From Carcharhinus amblyrhynchos (taxonomy: Eukaryota): a stretch of DNA of 64,000 nucleotides. Below, one piece after another: positions 13,081 to 24,448 of this stretch. Numbering within the stretch: position 1 is the first letter of the stretch; every line of letters begins with the position of its first letter. Below the pieces are notes generated by a model. That model saw only the letters and a list, made by a program, of their open reading frames with translations, had not been told where the DNA came from and did not search any database. Both the position numbers and the translations under genes were made by a program. Location: assembly GCA_965287045.1 (NCBI GenBank), contig OZ336874.1:90024001-90088000 (forward strand), in the 5' to 3' direction.

Positions 13081-13589
13081 AAAAGTTCTTGTGTGTGGGA
13101 GTTTCTGTTCTTACATAATAAATGGAAAAACTAACTCCTACTCATTGCAGGCTTCCATCTCCCAAGATGGTTGCAGTAAAACATAGGAGCCAAGGGAGGA
13201 AACTTGGAATGACGCTGTGATGTGGTGCTGGGAGCAGTGCTGAAACCAGAGTCCAGGAACATTGCTAATTTTAGGCTGCAAGTACAGACTTGCACACACT
13301 GATCTAAAAATGTTGACAGTTCGTGTGAAACATGGATAGTTGGAACATGTGCGTAAGGATAATTAATCTAGAAATAGTAACACTAAAACTCATGTGCTAA
13401 ATGAATTTAAGTGCATTGTTGAGGCAAATTATAGAAAGCATTACACTGCACCAACAGGCACATCTGCCCAGGGTTACTTGATGCGTGCAACAGCTGCAAA
13501 AGTGGAAACATACATCATGCTCTAGTACATTTTTAAAGATCTTTTTTCCTTTTTATCCTTTTCTTGAAGACAACAACATTCTCAATCTT

Positions 13590-13885
13590 CCAAGTTACTG
13601 GTGACATTCCAATACATTTCCCAAGTATCCATTTTCAAGTGTGAATCTGGTCAGGTCATTTGGCAGATTTTTTCACTGTGTGATGAATCACAGCTAAACC
13701 AAGACTACCTTTATCCAATGGGCACATTTTCCAGCTAGGATTTTATACTCACTAACCCAAAGAACGCTGACATCATTTGTGATGCTCCATTGTAGCAACC
13801 GCTAACACATCACATGAAAAACCAAACCTGGGATTTCCTGGTCTGTATATACATTATATTTAACAACTGAAATATCAAGAGAAAT
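13590..13885 (-). mobile_element. LF-SINE-like ancient SINE remnant
   Basis: Minus strand reads TACAGACCAGGAAATCCCAGGTTTG ... GCTGTGAT..CACAGTGAA..CTGCCAA..TTCACACTTGAAAATGGATACTTGGG, collinear with recalled LF-SINE consensus blocks. Confidence 0.6.
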
Positions 13886-14209
13886 CAAACTGATGCCATC
13901 AAATTGGTATAGATTTTGGTAGCAGTGGTGACCTGCCATTGGTGGGGTCTTCCAGTTCCAGTAATGTCTATATGCCGCAGGGCATTGCCATCAACAGGAC
14001 TGGAAGATCCCACTAGCAAGAAAATCTCAGTCATTGTAAAGGTTGCTTCCAGAATATGCTAGGGTAATATTTCAACACTTTCACAAAGAAATAAATTACC
14101 TATGAGGTAACCAAGATACAGCAGCTGCTGGAAATCTGAAATAAAAACAAATATTGAAGGAAATACTCATATGCCAGGCACCATTGGTGAACAGTGAAAC
14201 AGAGTAAAT

Positions 14210-14638
14210 GGACTAGATTTTCCCTCCAGAGACAGAAAGCATCAGCCAGGACTCTTTCCAAGTACCAGACTTATTCCCGGGGGAAATTGTTGCTCATTGG
14301 GCATTTTGCGGATGTCTGTTTAATTGGAAAGGAGACAAGTTTTCCTCCGATTAAGGACAGCTAGTAGGGACTCTGAATTGCAAAATGATTGCAGTACACA
14401 AGGAAGCATTCAGCACACCCGTGTCTGTGCTGGCTCTCCAAAAGTGCAATTTCCCTCATGCCACTCCTCAACCTTTTCCAGATAGGACTGCACGTTCTTC
14501 TTTTCAGATAATGGTGGGATTTTCCAGCCTCACTCGTCCCGAAACCATAAAATCCATACTGAGGTCAGCTGACCTTCCCATTGTCTGTTCCTCGCCTGCT
14601 CCAATTCCCGTGGTGGGCAGGGAGGTAAAATTCTGGCC
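14210..14638. mobile_element. PIF/Harbinger-type MITE
   Basis: TIR-like ends GGACTAGATTTT / AAAATTCTGGCC; 3-bp TSD AAT at 14207-14209 and 14639-14641. Confidence 0.65.
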
Positions 14639-14639
14639 A

Positions 14640-16990
14640 ATAATCCAATTGCCTTTTAAATGCCTCAATTAAACCTTCCTCTACCACACTCATAGGCAAT
14701 GCATTCCAGATTCCAACTACCCATTGGGGGCGATTTTACCATTGCGTTGTGCCTGTTTTCAGGCACAAAAATGGGGTAAAGTTAGCCATGAGGTGAATAG
14801 CATGATCTGTACCCACATTCATATAGATCCCCACTTACCAAGGCCTGAAAATGGCCGCAGTCGGCACCGTGCCCAAAATGGGTTTAATGAGCTGGAGGCC
14901 CAATCTTCCCTGCATTTCCCCCTTTACTATTGGATTTACCTGTCCAGATTCAGCACGAAACGGACATGTTTCAGGTACTCCATCTTCTGAAGAAGCAAGA
15001 GCTTCCTATGGCTGTCTGACTCAAATTGGTCATGGGGGAGGGGTGAGGGTGGGGCAGGGGGGTGGGTAGGGGGGAGCAGGGAGGTGCGGGGGTAGGGAGG
15101 CAGGCCAAATCATTCTCAGGTGGGAGGGGGGGAGGAGGGAGACCAGATGGTTCTCTGTTGGGGAATGGGTTGGTTGCGGAGGCAGAGAGAAGGAGGGAGG
15201 CCCGATCATTCTCTGGTGGGGGTGGGGGGTGGGGGGTGGTAGGAGGGAGGCCCGATCGATCTCTGGTGGGGAGGGGAAGGGAGAGGGAGTAGGGGGGTTC
15301 GCTACTACTCTGTGGGCAATTGGTGGGGGGAAAGGGAGGGATCTACTTCCACTCTGAGGGCAATTGGTAGGAGAAAAATGGGGTCTCCTGCCACTCTGTG
15401 GGTGATCGGTGGGGGGGAGGAAGGGGCAGGGGGTTGTGATTAGCCTGGGTAGCACAAGGGGGACAGTTATGTTGTGGGGATGGGGTGATGTCTGTGGGGA
15501 TCATCACTCCCAGGCCGTTTTATCTACCTTTTGCGGCCGCAAGCGATATGACAGGGGAACGTTTTTCAAATTTTGTTTTACTGCGCATGTATAGCTGAAG
15601 TCTCTGATCAGAGCAGCAGCATTTCAGGTGCGATAAGCCTCGCCCACAGTGCAATTCAGACTCACAATTTTTTTTCAGGCTAAGTGCAAATGGAGATGCC
15701 TGGGAACAGGTTTCCAAGTTGGATTTGAATTGCACCCAAATTCAGCAAGTAGAATCAAAATCACCCCCATTGTATGAAATAAATCTTTCCATGTCTTCCT
15801 TGCTTTTTTGCCAATAATCTTAAATTTATGCCATCTTGTTCTCAATCTTTTCATCAATGGGAAAAGTATTCTTTTATCTGCTCTGGCCAGACCACTCATG
15901 GTTTTGAATCATTTTTGTGGATCTTTTCTTCACTCTCTCTGAAGCCTTCACATCTTTCCGAATGTATAGTGCCCAAAACTGGACACAATATTTCAGTTGA
16001 GGCCAAACCAGTGTTCTATATAATGTAACCTGACTCTCTTGCTTTTGCACTATATGCATTATATGACTCTATCAATAAAACCCAGAATAAGATTAACCAC
16101 TGTCTCAAACTATTCTGAGATCTTCAATGGCTAATGTACATAAGCACCTAGGTCCCTTTGCCCCTGTGCACTGTTTAAAACTAAATGCTTTATTGTATAA
16201 TGTCTCTCTGTGTTTTTCCTCCTAAAATGAATCATTTCACACTTTTCTGCATTAAATTTCATCTACCATTTGTCCACCAGCTCCATCAACCCATCTGTGT
16301 CCTTTTGAAGTTCTACACTATCCTCCCACTGTTCACAATGCTTCCAACTTTTGTATTTTCCACAACTATTAAAACTGTGCCCTGCTCACCAAAGTCATTA
16401 ATAAGTACCAGAAAGGTCAAGGATTCTAACACTGTCTCATGGCAATCTCCTTCAGTCCAGCAATCATCCATTAATCACTATCCTTTGCTTCTGTCACTCA
16501 GCCAATTTTGTATCCATGTCATTACTGTCTCTTTAATAGATGAGTATAACTTTGCTCCCAAGTCTGCTGCACGCACTTCATCAAATATCTTTTGGAAATC
16601 CATGTACACCACATCAGCAGCATCACCTTCATCAACACTTTCTGTTACCTCATCAAAAGGCCCTAGAATGTTAGTTAAACATGATTTACCCTTAACAAAT
16701 TCATGCTGGCTTTCTTTAATTAACCTGCATATGCCAAAGTGACAATTTTGTCTCATCTTATCATTTCTAGAAGCTTCCCATCACTGAAGTTAAATGGACT
16801 GGCCTGTAGTTCCAGGGTCTTTAGTCCCATTTTTGAACAAAGGTGCAACATTTGCACTTTTCCAGTGCTCTGGCACCACCCTGGAATCAGATTGGAAATT
16901 TATGGCCAGTGTAATTTGCACTCTCACTTCCCTCGGTATGCTTGGATGCATTTCATCCAGTCTGGATGCCTTATCAACGTTGAGTACAGA
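14640..16990 (-). mobile_element. Old CR1 LINE ORF2, interrupted by the MITE at 14726-15768
   Basis: Minus ORFs ESQHEFVKGKSCLTN..DVVYMDFQK.FD; LYRTLVWPQLKYCVQFW. Confidence 0.85.
14726..15768. mobile_element. PIF/Harbinger-type MITE inserted in a CR1
   Basis: TIRs GGGGGCGATTTT / AAAATCACCCCC, 3-bp TSD ATT; CR1 sequence is continuous across the insertion. Confidence 0.8.
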
Positions 16991-17149
16991 GGATCAGTCT
17001 CTGTGGGCAATCAGTGTAATATTGGAGTGTTCAGGACTGAAACGGTTAATGTGGAACTGGGGAAAGAGTACTACCCACATGATGCTGTAAAAGGGGGTCA
17101 CAGATAATAAAGTCATCAGATTATTACTTGAAATGGTGTAAATTGAGAG

Positions 17150-17835
17150 AGCTGGATACTCAGTGAGACAGCGCACAGGTACAGCAGGCAGTAAAGAAGG
17201 CAAGTAGTATGTTGGCCTTCGTAGTGAGAGGATTTGTGGATGTTTTGCTGAAATTGTATAGGGTGTTGGTGAGGCACACCTGGAGTATTGTGTGCAGTTT
17301 TGATGTCCTTATCTATGGAAGGATATCCTTACTGTAGAGGGAGTACAGTGAATTTTGACCAGGCTGATTCCTGGGATGGCAGATCTGTCATATAAGGACA
17401 GACTAAGTCACTTAGGATTATATCCAATGGAGTTTAGAAGAGTGAGAGGGGATTTCATTGAAACTTACAAAATTCTAACAGGGTTAGACAGGGTAGATTC
17501 AGAAAGAATGTTCCCAATGGTAGGAGAATCCAGAACTAGGGGTCATAGTATGAGGATAAGGAGGAAATCTTCTAGAACTGAAGTGAGAAGACATTTCTTC
17601 ACCCAGAGGGTGGTGAATGTGTGGAATTCAATACCACAGAAGGTAGTTAAGGCCAAAACATTGTCTGATTTCAAGAAGAAATTAGATATAACTTGAAGGG
17701 CTAAATGGATATGGGGGGAAGGGTAGGATCAGGATATTACATTTGATGATCAGCCATGATCAAAATGAGTGGCAGAGCAGGCTCAAAGGGCCGAATGGCC
17801 TACTCCTGTTTCTAGTTTTTATGTTTCTAAGTTTA
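17150..17835 (+). mobile_element. CR1 3' fragment
   Basis: ORF 17355-17696 TRLIPGM..EFRRVRGD.IETYKIL..FFTQRVVNVWNS; tail GGCCGAATGGCCTACTCCTG. Confidence 0.88.
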
Positions 17836-17963
17836 TATAACTAGGAGGAGTCTGGTAGTAGTCTGAGTGGAGATAATTCAGGGATTGGTCTGAAGAAGCC
17901 TATTGTATTGAATATCTGTGCAAAATTATGTTCTACAAAAAATAGTTAATGTTCAGATTCTAC

Positions 17964-18167
17964 AGTGGGATTTTCTGGCCATTTCTGCTGGCGGAATTTT
18001 CTGGTCCTGCCTAAGTCAATGGCAGGACAGGCAAGCCATGCAAAATTGAATTTGGTAGAACTGGAAAGGTTGAATTTGGTAGAACTGGAAGATCCCACTA
18101 GTGGCCAATGGTGAGCACTTCCACTGTGGGGAACGGGCCCACTATGGGGGAATTGGAAAACTCTGCC
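17964..18167. mobile_element. Short MITE with an internal ~24-bp tandem duplication
   Basis: Ends GTGGGATTTTC / GAAAACTCTGCC; TTGAATTTGGTAGAACTGGAA occurs twice; related to 13915-14030. Confidence 0.55.
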
Positions 18168-18749
18168 ATATGTCTCTGAACCTCTTCCTTAAACGACGAT
18201 AACAATAAACACCAATCAATACCAGTAGAACTGAATCCATAATCTGAAATCTTTATGGTCTGGTATGTTCTTCACTCTTCCGTCACAATCAAGCCAGACG
18301 ACCAGTTGTGGTTCAGTGAGAATATAGAAGAATATTCTAAGAATAGCATTAGCCATGCCTGAGGATGAGGTGCAGGCTGCAGCATCGATGCTTTATGCTC
18401 CATAACTATCTATACCTTTAGCTATCTGTTATATGAAGCTAAAACACTGGCATCTATTGTTACAATTATGAGGTTTATAGGATTATTATGTTTTGGGACT
18501 GTGAATTTAGAGTAAAATGAATGGTGTCATGTATCTGTTCTGAATGGTTTGACTGCTTGAGATTAAAGGAGGCCCAGATTGCTTTACTGGGAAGAAGGTG
18601 CAATGTGTCCATGTGCAGATTCTGTGACCAAAGCTCGTGATGTCATGGACAGCTCCTTGTCGCTTCCTTTGCTTTCCTTGCCATTCTCTCTACTCCCCCA
18701 CCATTCTCCCCACTCCCCTCAATATTTAGCTTCATTCACAATTCCTCAG

Positions 18750-19065
18750 CTGAAGAAGCATTCTATGCCAACAGGTAGCAACACGGAGACAACATCCAGT
18801 CTTGGAATGATAACTGGTAAATTATTTTCTTATCTGGCTATGACAATCTCTAATGAGAGAAGCATAACTACTCCCCCTTGATATTCAAGACATTACCATC
18901 ATTGAATACGTAACAATCAACATTCTGTGGATCATCATTGATGAGAAACTTAACTGAAGAAATTACATAAATGTGATGGGTACTAGTATAAATACTAATT
19001 CAGGTCAGAGGCTGGGTAATCTGCAGCAAATGGCTCAGCTCCTGACTCCTTAAAGTCTTTGCACC
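18750..19065 (+). mobile_element. CR1/L2-group LINE fragment
   Basis: Reverse-complement homolog of 11100-11340. Confidence 0.6.
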
Positions 19066-20699
19066 TGGCACTGATCGAAATATGGCTCTTTCCCAAATGA
19101 CATCTTCCTGGAATTAATCAAATAAATCCTGCCCACAGTGTTCAGTGTCATTAATCACAACATGGGTAGCAGCTGGTAGGAGCTCAGTAGTGCTGCCGAG
19201 TACAAGGGCCCTCGAATACTGATGTTGCAGAAAAGGCAGATGGTTGGCATCAACAATGCAAGTGCAATCCAAAATACTGCCGGTCTTGTCATTCTATTCG
19301 CACTAACCCTCACTGGCTTCACAGACAATTTAGTCGTCTTTTCAGGATAAATCTATATTGATTTTCATATAGAATCATAAAATCATACAGTGTCGAAGAG
19401 GCCCTTTGAGCCATCGAGTCTGTACCAATACTTGCCATAAATTCTTATTTAAAAGAACTGGCATAAAGTTTATTAATGGTTGTGGTATTAAGCATCAAAT
19501 TACAATGGTAATTTTCTAATAGCACCTTTTTCTCTATTAAATACTTATAATCATGTACAGCCATTTTAAGATGTGAATGTTGAATGCATTAGCTACTTTT
19601 CCTGCTCCAGAATACGCATGAATAGGGAAATGTAATAGTGTCATTGAAAAAAGACATTAAGAGGTTAAAAAATTACCTCTCTGAAATAATGGAGCCTTGC
19701 AGCTTTGCTTTCAAACTGCTGTGCATATTCATGACATATTAGCATCACTGGTGTGGCAGAAGAAACAGTTCAGAAGTAACATGTTATAGACATGAAGCAT
19801 ATGTTTTGTTATGAGAAGTATACATGGGCTTGGTGTCTGTTGCAGAATTCAATGATGTGTACCAATTGCTGTGTGTTTATTTAGTCTGGATTATTATAGT
19901 AATCAACCTTCCTAAATGCAAGTAAAAGCTTTAAGTATGAAGAATAGTGATTTTGTTGATCAAACATAACATGTGTACCGATCTCTCATGGGCAATGTGG
20001 AAAATGTATGCTAAGATCCTGTGTTCATGTTTCCAACTCATTTACATAAATGTTGAATATTTATGTATAATTTTTCTTTGCACAGATGGAGATAAAGGGG
20101 CTGATTTTTGCTAGTTATGCCTCATGGGTGAGTTTACTGGGAGGAACAGACTGGAGAAAAGAGCAATGTTCAAGTCTCATTGTTTGTGTTGAGTATTTTT
20201 GCCAGGCCTGTTATAGAGCTGGATTTTCACTACCAAGGCAAGGAATGCTGACCATCGCTAGAATTTAATATTTTATTTTTGGGGGTGCGACCGACGCAGA
20301 AGAATGTTAAATTGAACGTGAGTAGGTGGCACTAATCAGTCACTTAAAATACTTAAAGAGAGTAATTGGTGCCAATTTTATGTTGCCCGCATGATTTCTT
20401 GGGTGGCACATGGGCAAGATGGGCAGGTGACCATCCCATTTCTTTCATTTTTCCCATCCAGAAGCAGTTTAAAAGGGGACTGAAGCATTTTCTGTATGAG
20501 TAATTAGAGAGTTTGCTGTTGTTTTAGTCTTGAGATTTCAGACTTTTGCCTCTGGTTGCTTCTGAAGTATTTGTTTTGTTAGCCTTGTTCTGAGGGTTCT
20601 TTTCTTTTTCAACTCTGTTGGTGCAGTTCTGCCTATTGCAGCCTTCAGTGCATGGGGCTGTGCCAACTGCAACCCAGCAGATGGGGATTGTGTGGTATG

Positions 20700-20980
20700 A
20701 ACATGCGAACAAAGAACAGGAGTGTGCCATTTTGCCCCTTGAACCTGCTTCGCCATGCAATAAGATCTTGGTTGATCTGATAGTAAGCTCAAATCTGCAC
20801 ACTGCCCACTCCCAATAATCTATCACCCACTTCTGCTTACCAAGAATCTATCTACATTTGCCTTAAAAATATCCAAAGCCTCTGCTTCCACAGCATTTTC
20901 AGGAAAGGATCTAAAGGCTCATGATCACCTGAGTGAATAAATTTCACCTCATCTCTGTTTTAGTTGGGCAATCCCTTTAA
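20700..20980 (-). mobile_element. CR1 3' tail
   Basis: GAACAAAGAACAGGAG..GCCATT..GCCCCTTGAACCTGCT..GCCAT.CAATAAGATC. Confidence 0.75.
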
Positions 20981-21089
20981 ACATGGACTACACTCAGTGT
21001 ATAATCTTCAGAACTGTCATTTATTTGAAAATGGACACTAACAAGATTGTTTAGATGGCCAAAGGTCAGGTGAGTTCTGTAATTTCTGT

Positions 21090-21585
21090 ACATAAGAACT
21101 AAGAAAATTACAGCACAGGAACAGGCCCTTCAGCTCTCCAAGCCTGCACTGATTGAACGAAAACCCCTTACCTTTCTGGAGACCATATTTCACTATTCCC
21201 ATTCTATTCATGTATTTGTCAAGATGCCCCTTAAAAGTCAATATTGTATCTACTTCCACTACCTCCCCAGCAGCAAGTTCCAGGCACTCACCACTCTCTG
21301 GAAGAAACTTGCATCGTACATCTCCTTTAAACATTTCTGCTCACACCTTAAACCTATGCCCCTGGTAATTGACTCTGACACCCTGGGAAAAAGCTTCTGA
21401 CTATTGGTCTGTTCATGCCCCTTATAATCTTGTAGACTTCTATCAGGTTGCCCCTCAACCTCCGTGATTTTAATGAGAACACACCAAGTTTCTCTAACCT
21501 CGCCTCATAACTAATGCCCTTCAGAACAGGCAAATTCCTGGTAATTCTGTTTTGCACCCTCTTCAAAGCCGTCACATCCTTCATG
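21090..21585 (-). mobile_element. CR1/HER1 3' fragment
   Basis: ORFs 21354-21617 and 21038-21334; same family as the tail at 6200-6482. Confidence 0.85.
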
Positions 21586-21611
21586 CATAGAAGTATCTTA
21601 TACCTGAGAGA

Positions 21612-21897
21612 GATCACGCTGGCATAGTGGTTAGCACTGCTGTCTCACAGTGCCAGGGATCAGGGTTCAATTCCAGCCTAAGGTCACTGTCTGCGTGGGT
21701 TTCCTCCAGTTTCCTCCCACAGTCCAAAAATGTGCAGATTTGGTTGATTGGCATGCTAAATTGACCCTGGTGGCAGGGGGTTAGCAGGGTGAATAGGTGG
21801 AGCTATGGGGGTAAGGCCTGGGTGGGATTATGGTTGGTACGGACTTGATGAACCGAATGACCTCCTTCTGCACTGTAGAGATTCTATGGTTCTATGA
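21612..21897 (+). mobile_element. HE1-like V-SINE (CR1-type tail), internally deleted
   Basis: A/B boxes; tail CCTCCTTCTGCACTGTAGAGATTCTATGGTTCTATGA. Confidence 0.82.
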
Positions 21898-23003
21898 TCC
21901 TTCTAGAAAGTTCTCAAATGGGTTTCCCAGGTGCAAAGGGACCATCTTTCCCAACTCAGTTAAAGAGACCTGACAAACTGAGTGCCAGACATGTCGTTGG
22001 CATGAGGATGAAATATCAAATAAGAAGTTCTCGTGAGCTAATCATGGCAGATATGCTTATAGGATCAATCATTCCTCAATTGCGTATTAACCTCCCTGGC
22101 TCTAACCCAAAATGTGAGCAATATAAGGCATTGAAACATACCTTCATGTGACTAAAATCAGTTGCATTTATTATCCCAAGAATCAGCGAAAACTCAAGTA
22201 GCATACACAACACCAGCTGTGAGATACCAGCAGCAAAAAAGGCAGTAACCCCATACTTTTTCAAACCTGGACACTGTTACATCTAAAAAGTCCCCCAATC
22301 TGATTCCGATTCCAAACCACCCATAAAGAAACTTGATCACCCATCCAAAATCACACTGACTACAGATAATAAGGAAAAGGGTACCAGGGTTTCAGTTCTC
22401 TCCTGGTACTGTCAGTAAAACTCCAATCATTAGAATTAGCAGCCAGCATGCTTCAAGCAAGTCTGACAATCTCCATGCCCAATTTTGGGGTTATCCAATT
22501 TCGCCCTTTCTGTGTCTTTTGTAATTTTAAAGAGTGTATTACATCACCCCTCAGCCTCCCTTTTCAAAAGAACAGACCCAAACTGTTCATCCTTTCATTG
22601 TATAAATATTCTGGCAATGACAACCTTATTGATTCTATGGAATCATTGGACTACATTCTGTATTGGACAGGGTTGGTAGGGCTTGGAATTAGCCACTCTG
22701 ACAATTTTTCTTCCATTAGCACCGTCCCTGACTGCTGCTTAGGTAGTACTCTTGCAATCCACACTCTATTATGTTTCCCCTCTCTCAAGCCTAATTTCAG
22801 TTAGGTAAATACACTTTGAAAAGTTGGGCTGTCTTCCCATTTTCTTTTAGAATCATGATTCAAATTACTTTGTTAAGAACAGTCAATCTTTTAAGTGCAG
22901 TTTTTCCACCTTTACAGATGCTTCTCTGTTTTCCATGCACTGCTGGATTTTCCAGACCTCCCTGTGTAATCTTCTGATTGTTGGTGGGGCATAACACCTT
23001 TGA

Positions 23004-23199
23004 CTTGGCCACAATGGTTATCACTGCTGCTTCACAGCACCAGGGAACTGGGTTCAATGCCCAGCTTGGGTAACTGTCTGTGTGGAGTTTGCATGTTCTC
23101 CCGATGTCTTTGTGGGTTTCCTCTGGGTACTCCGTTTTCCTCCCACATTCTGAAAGATGTGCTGGTTAGTTGCATTGACCCAAACAGATTGTGGCGACT
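23004..23199 (+). mobile_element. V-SINE 5' part (host of the full-length CR1)
   Basis: Head and V-domain end in GTGGCGACT; continues as GACTAGGGGAATTTCACAG at 27913. Confidence 0.85.
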
Positions 23200-23548
23200 C
23201 AGTGTTCTCCGAAGCAGTGTACTGGTGGCTGGTGAGTCTTGAACTTGCGATTTACTTTATTTCTTCTGTGTATTGCCGGTTTGCGGGGTTTTTGTTTGTT
23301 TTCGCTTTCCGTAGCTGGAGATAGGCGTGGGGGCAGTCGGGAAGGGAGCGCGGGAGTACAAAAAGAAGGCCGCAATAGACAGTGGGCAGCTTCGGGAGCA
23401 GGCAGTGGAGTGAGGTGGGTGCAGAGTGAGTGCTGTAAGGGCTTTGGCTCACAGGGCTTAGGTGAGAGCAGGCTTAGGCAAAGTGAGTTACTTATCCAAT
23501 TTTTCCTGTTTTCCATTTGTGTCCATAATTCTAAGGGTGGTCAAATAA

Positions 23549-24448
23549 ATGGCAGGGTCCTTGGGGAGACGCGTCAGCTGCGTTAGGTGCAATATGTGGG
23601 AGTTCCTGGAGATGCCACATCTCCTGAGAGTCCAAATCTGCACCAAATGCAGCGGTTGAGGGCCCGGGTTAGGCAATTAGAGCTGAGACTGGAAGATTTA
23701 TTTTCAGTCAGGGAGAACGAGGCAATAATGAATAGGAACCACGGTCACGTGGAGATCCCAGAGCCTAGTGGGGGGGATGGGTGGGTTACTGTTAGGAAGG
23801 GGAAAAAAGAAGAGGAGTAATGGTCCAAAGACTACCCCAGAGGTAGTCTCCCAAAATATCAGGGGTAAGGCGACAACTGGGGTAGAAAGGGCAAGAGAGG
23901 AAGACCAGAATGCCTCAGAGGGAAGGAAGGGGGCTGGATATGAGATAGTGGTGGGGGTTGGGAGGGTTAAAGGAATTGATAGGCGGTTCTGTGGGCAAAA
24001 GCGGGATTCCAGGATGGTAGTCCGCCTCCCTGGAGCAGGAGTACAGGATGTGTCAGAGAGGGTAGAGGGAATGTTGAAGGGCCAAGGGACCCAGACGGAT
24101 GTAATTATACATGTAGGAGAGAAGGAAGTAGGAAGGAAGAGCAGGGGGGATATACGTAGGCAGTTCAGGGAGTTGAGGGCCAGGCTGAAGTGCAGGGCCT
24201 CCAGGGCAGTGTTCTCTGGGCTGCTGCCAGTGCCCAGTAATAGCAGGGCTAAAAATAATGAGATCCTACAGCTGAATGCATGGCTGAAGGATTGGTGCAG
24301 GATAGAGGGTTTTAGTTTTGTACACCATTGGGAAGTCTTTGTGAGGGAAGGGCACCTGTACAAGTGGGATGGGGAACATTTAAATGGGAAGGCCACACAT
24401 ATTTTAGCTGGGAGGTTAGCTGGAGTGTTTCGGCAGAGTTTAAACTAA
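23549..24448 (+). pseudogene. CR1 ORF1: zinc finger/leucine zipper plus SGNH esterase-like domain (frameshifted)
   Basis: ATG at 23549; CVRCNMWE..CTKC; RLRARVRQLELRLEDL; IDRRFCG..RDSRMVVRLPGA.VQDVSER; SGLLPVP; WDGEHLN. Confidence 0.88.

Noticed and set aside
23704-24396. 230-aa antisense ORF over ORF1, and other antisense ORFs over CR1s
   Set aside because: Shadow frames of purine-rich LINE coding sequence with no recognisable motifs.
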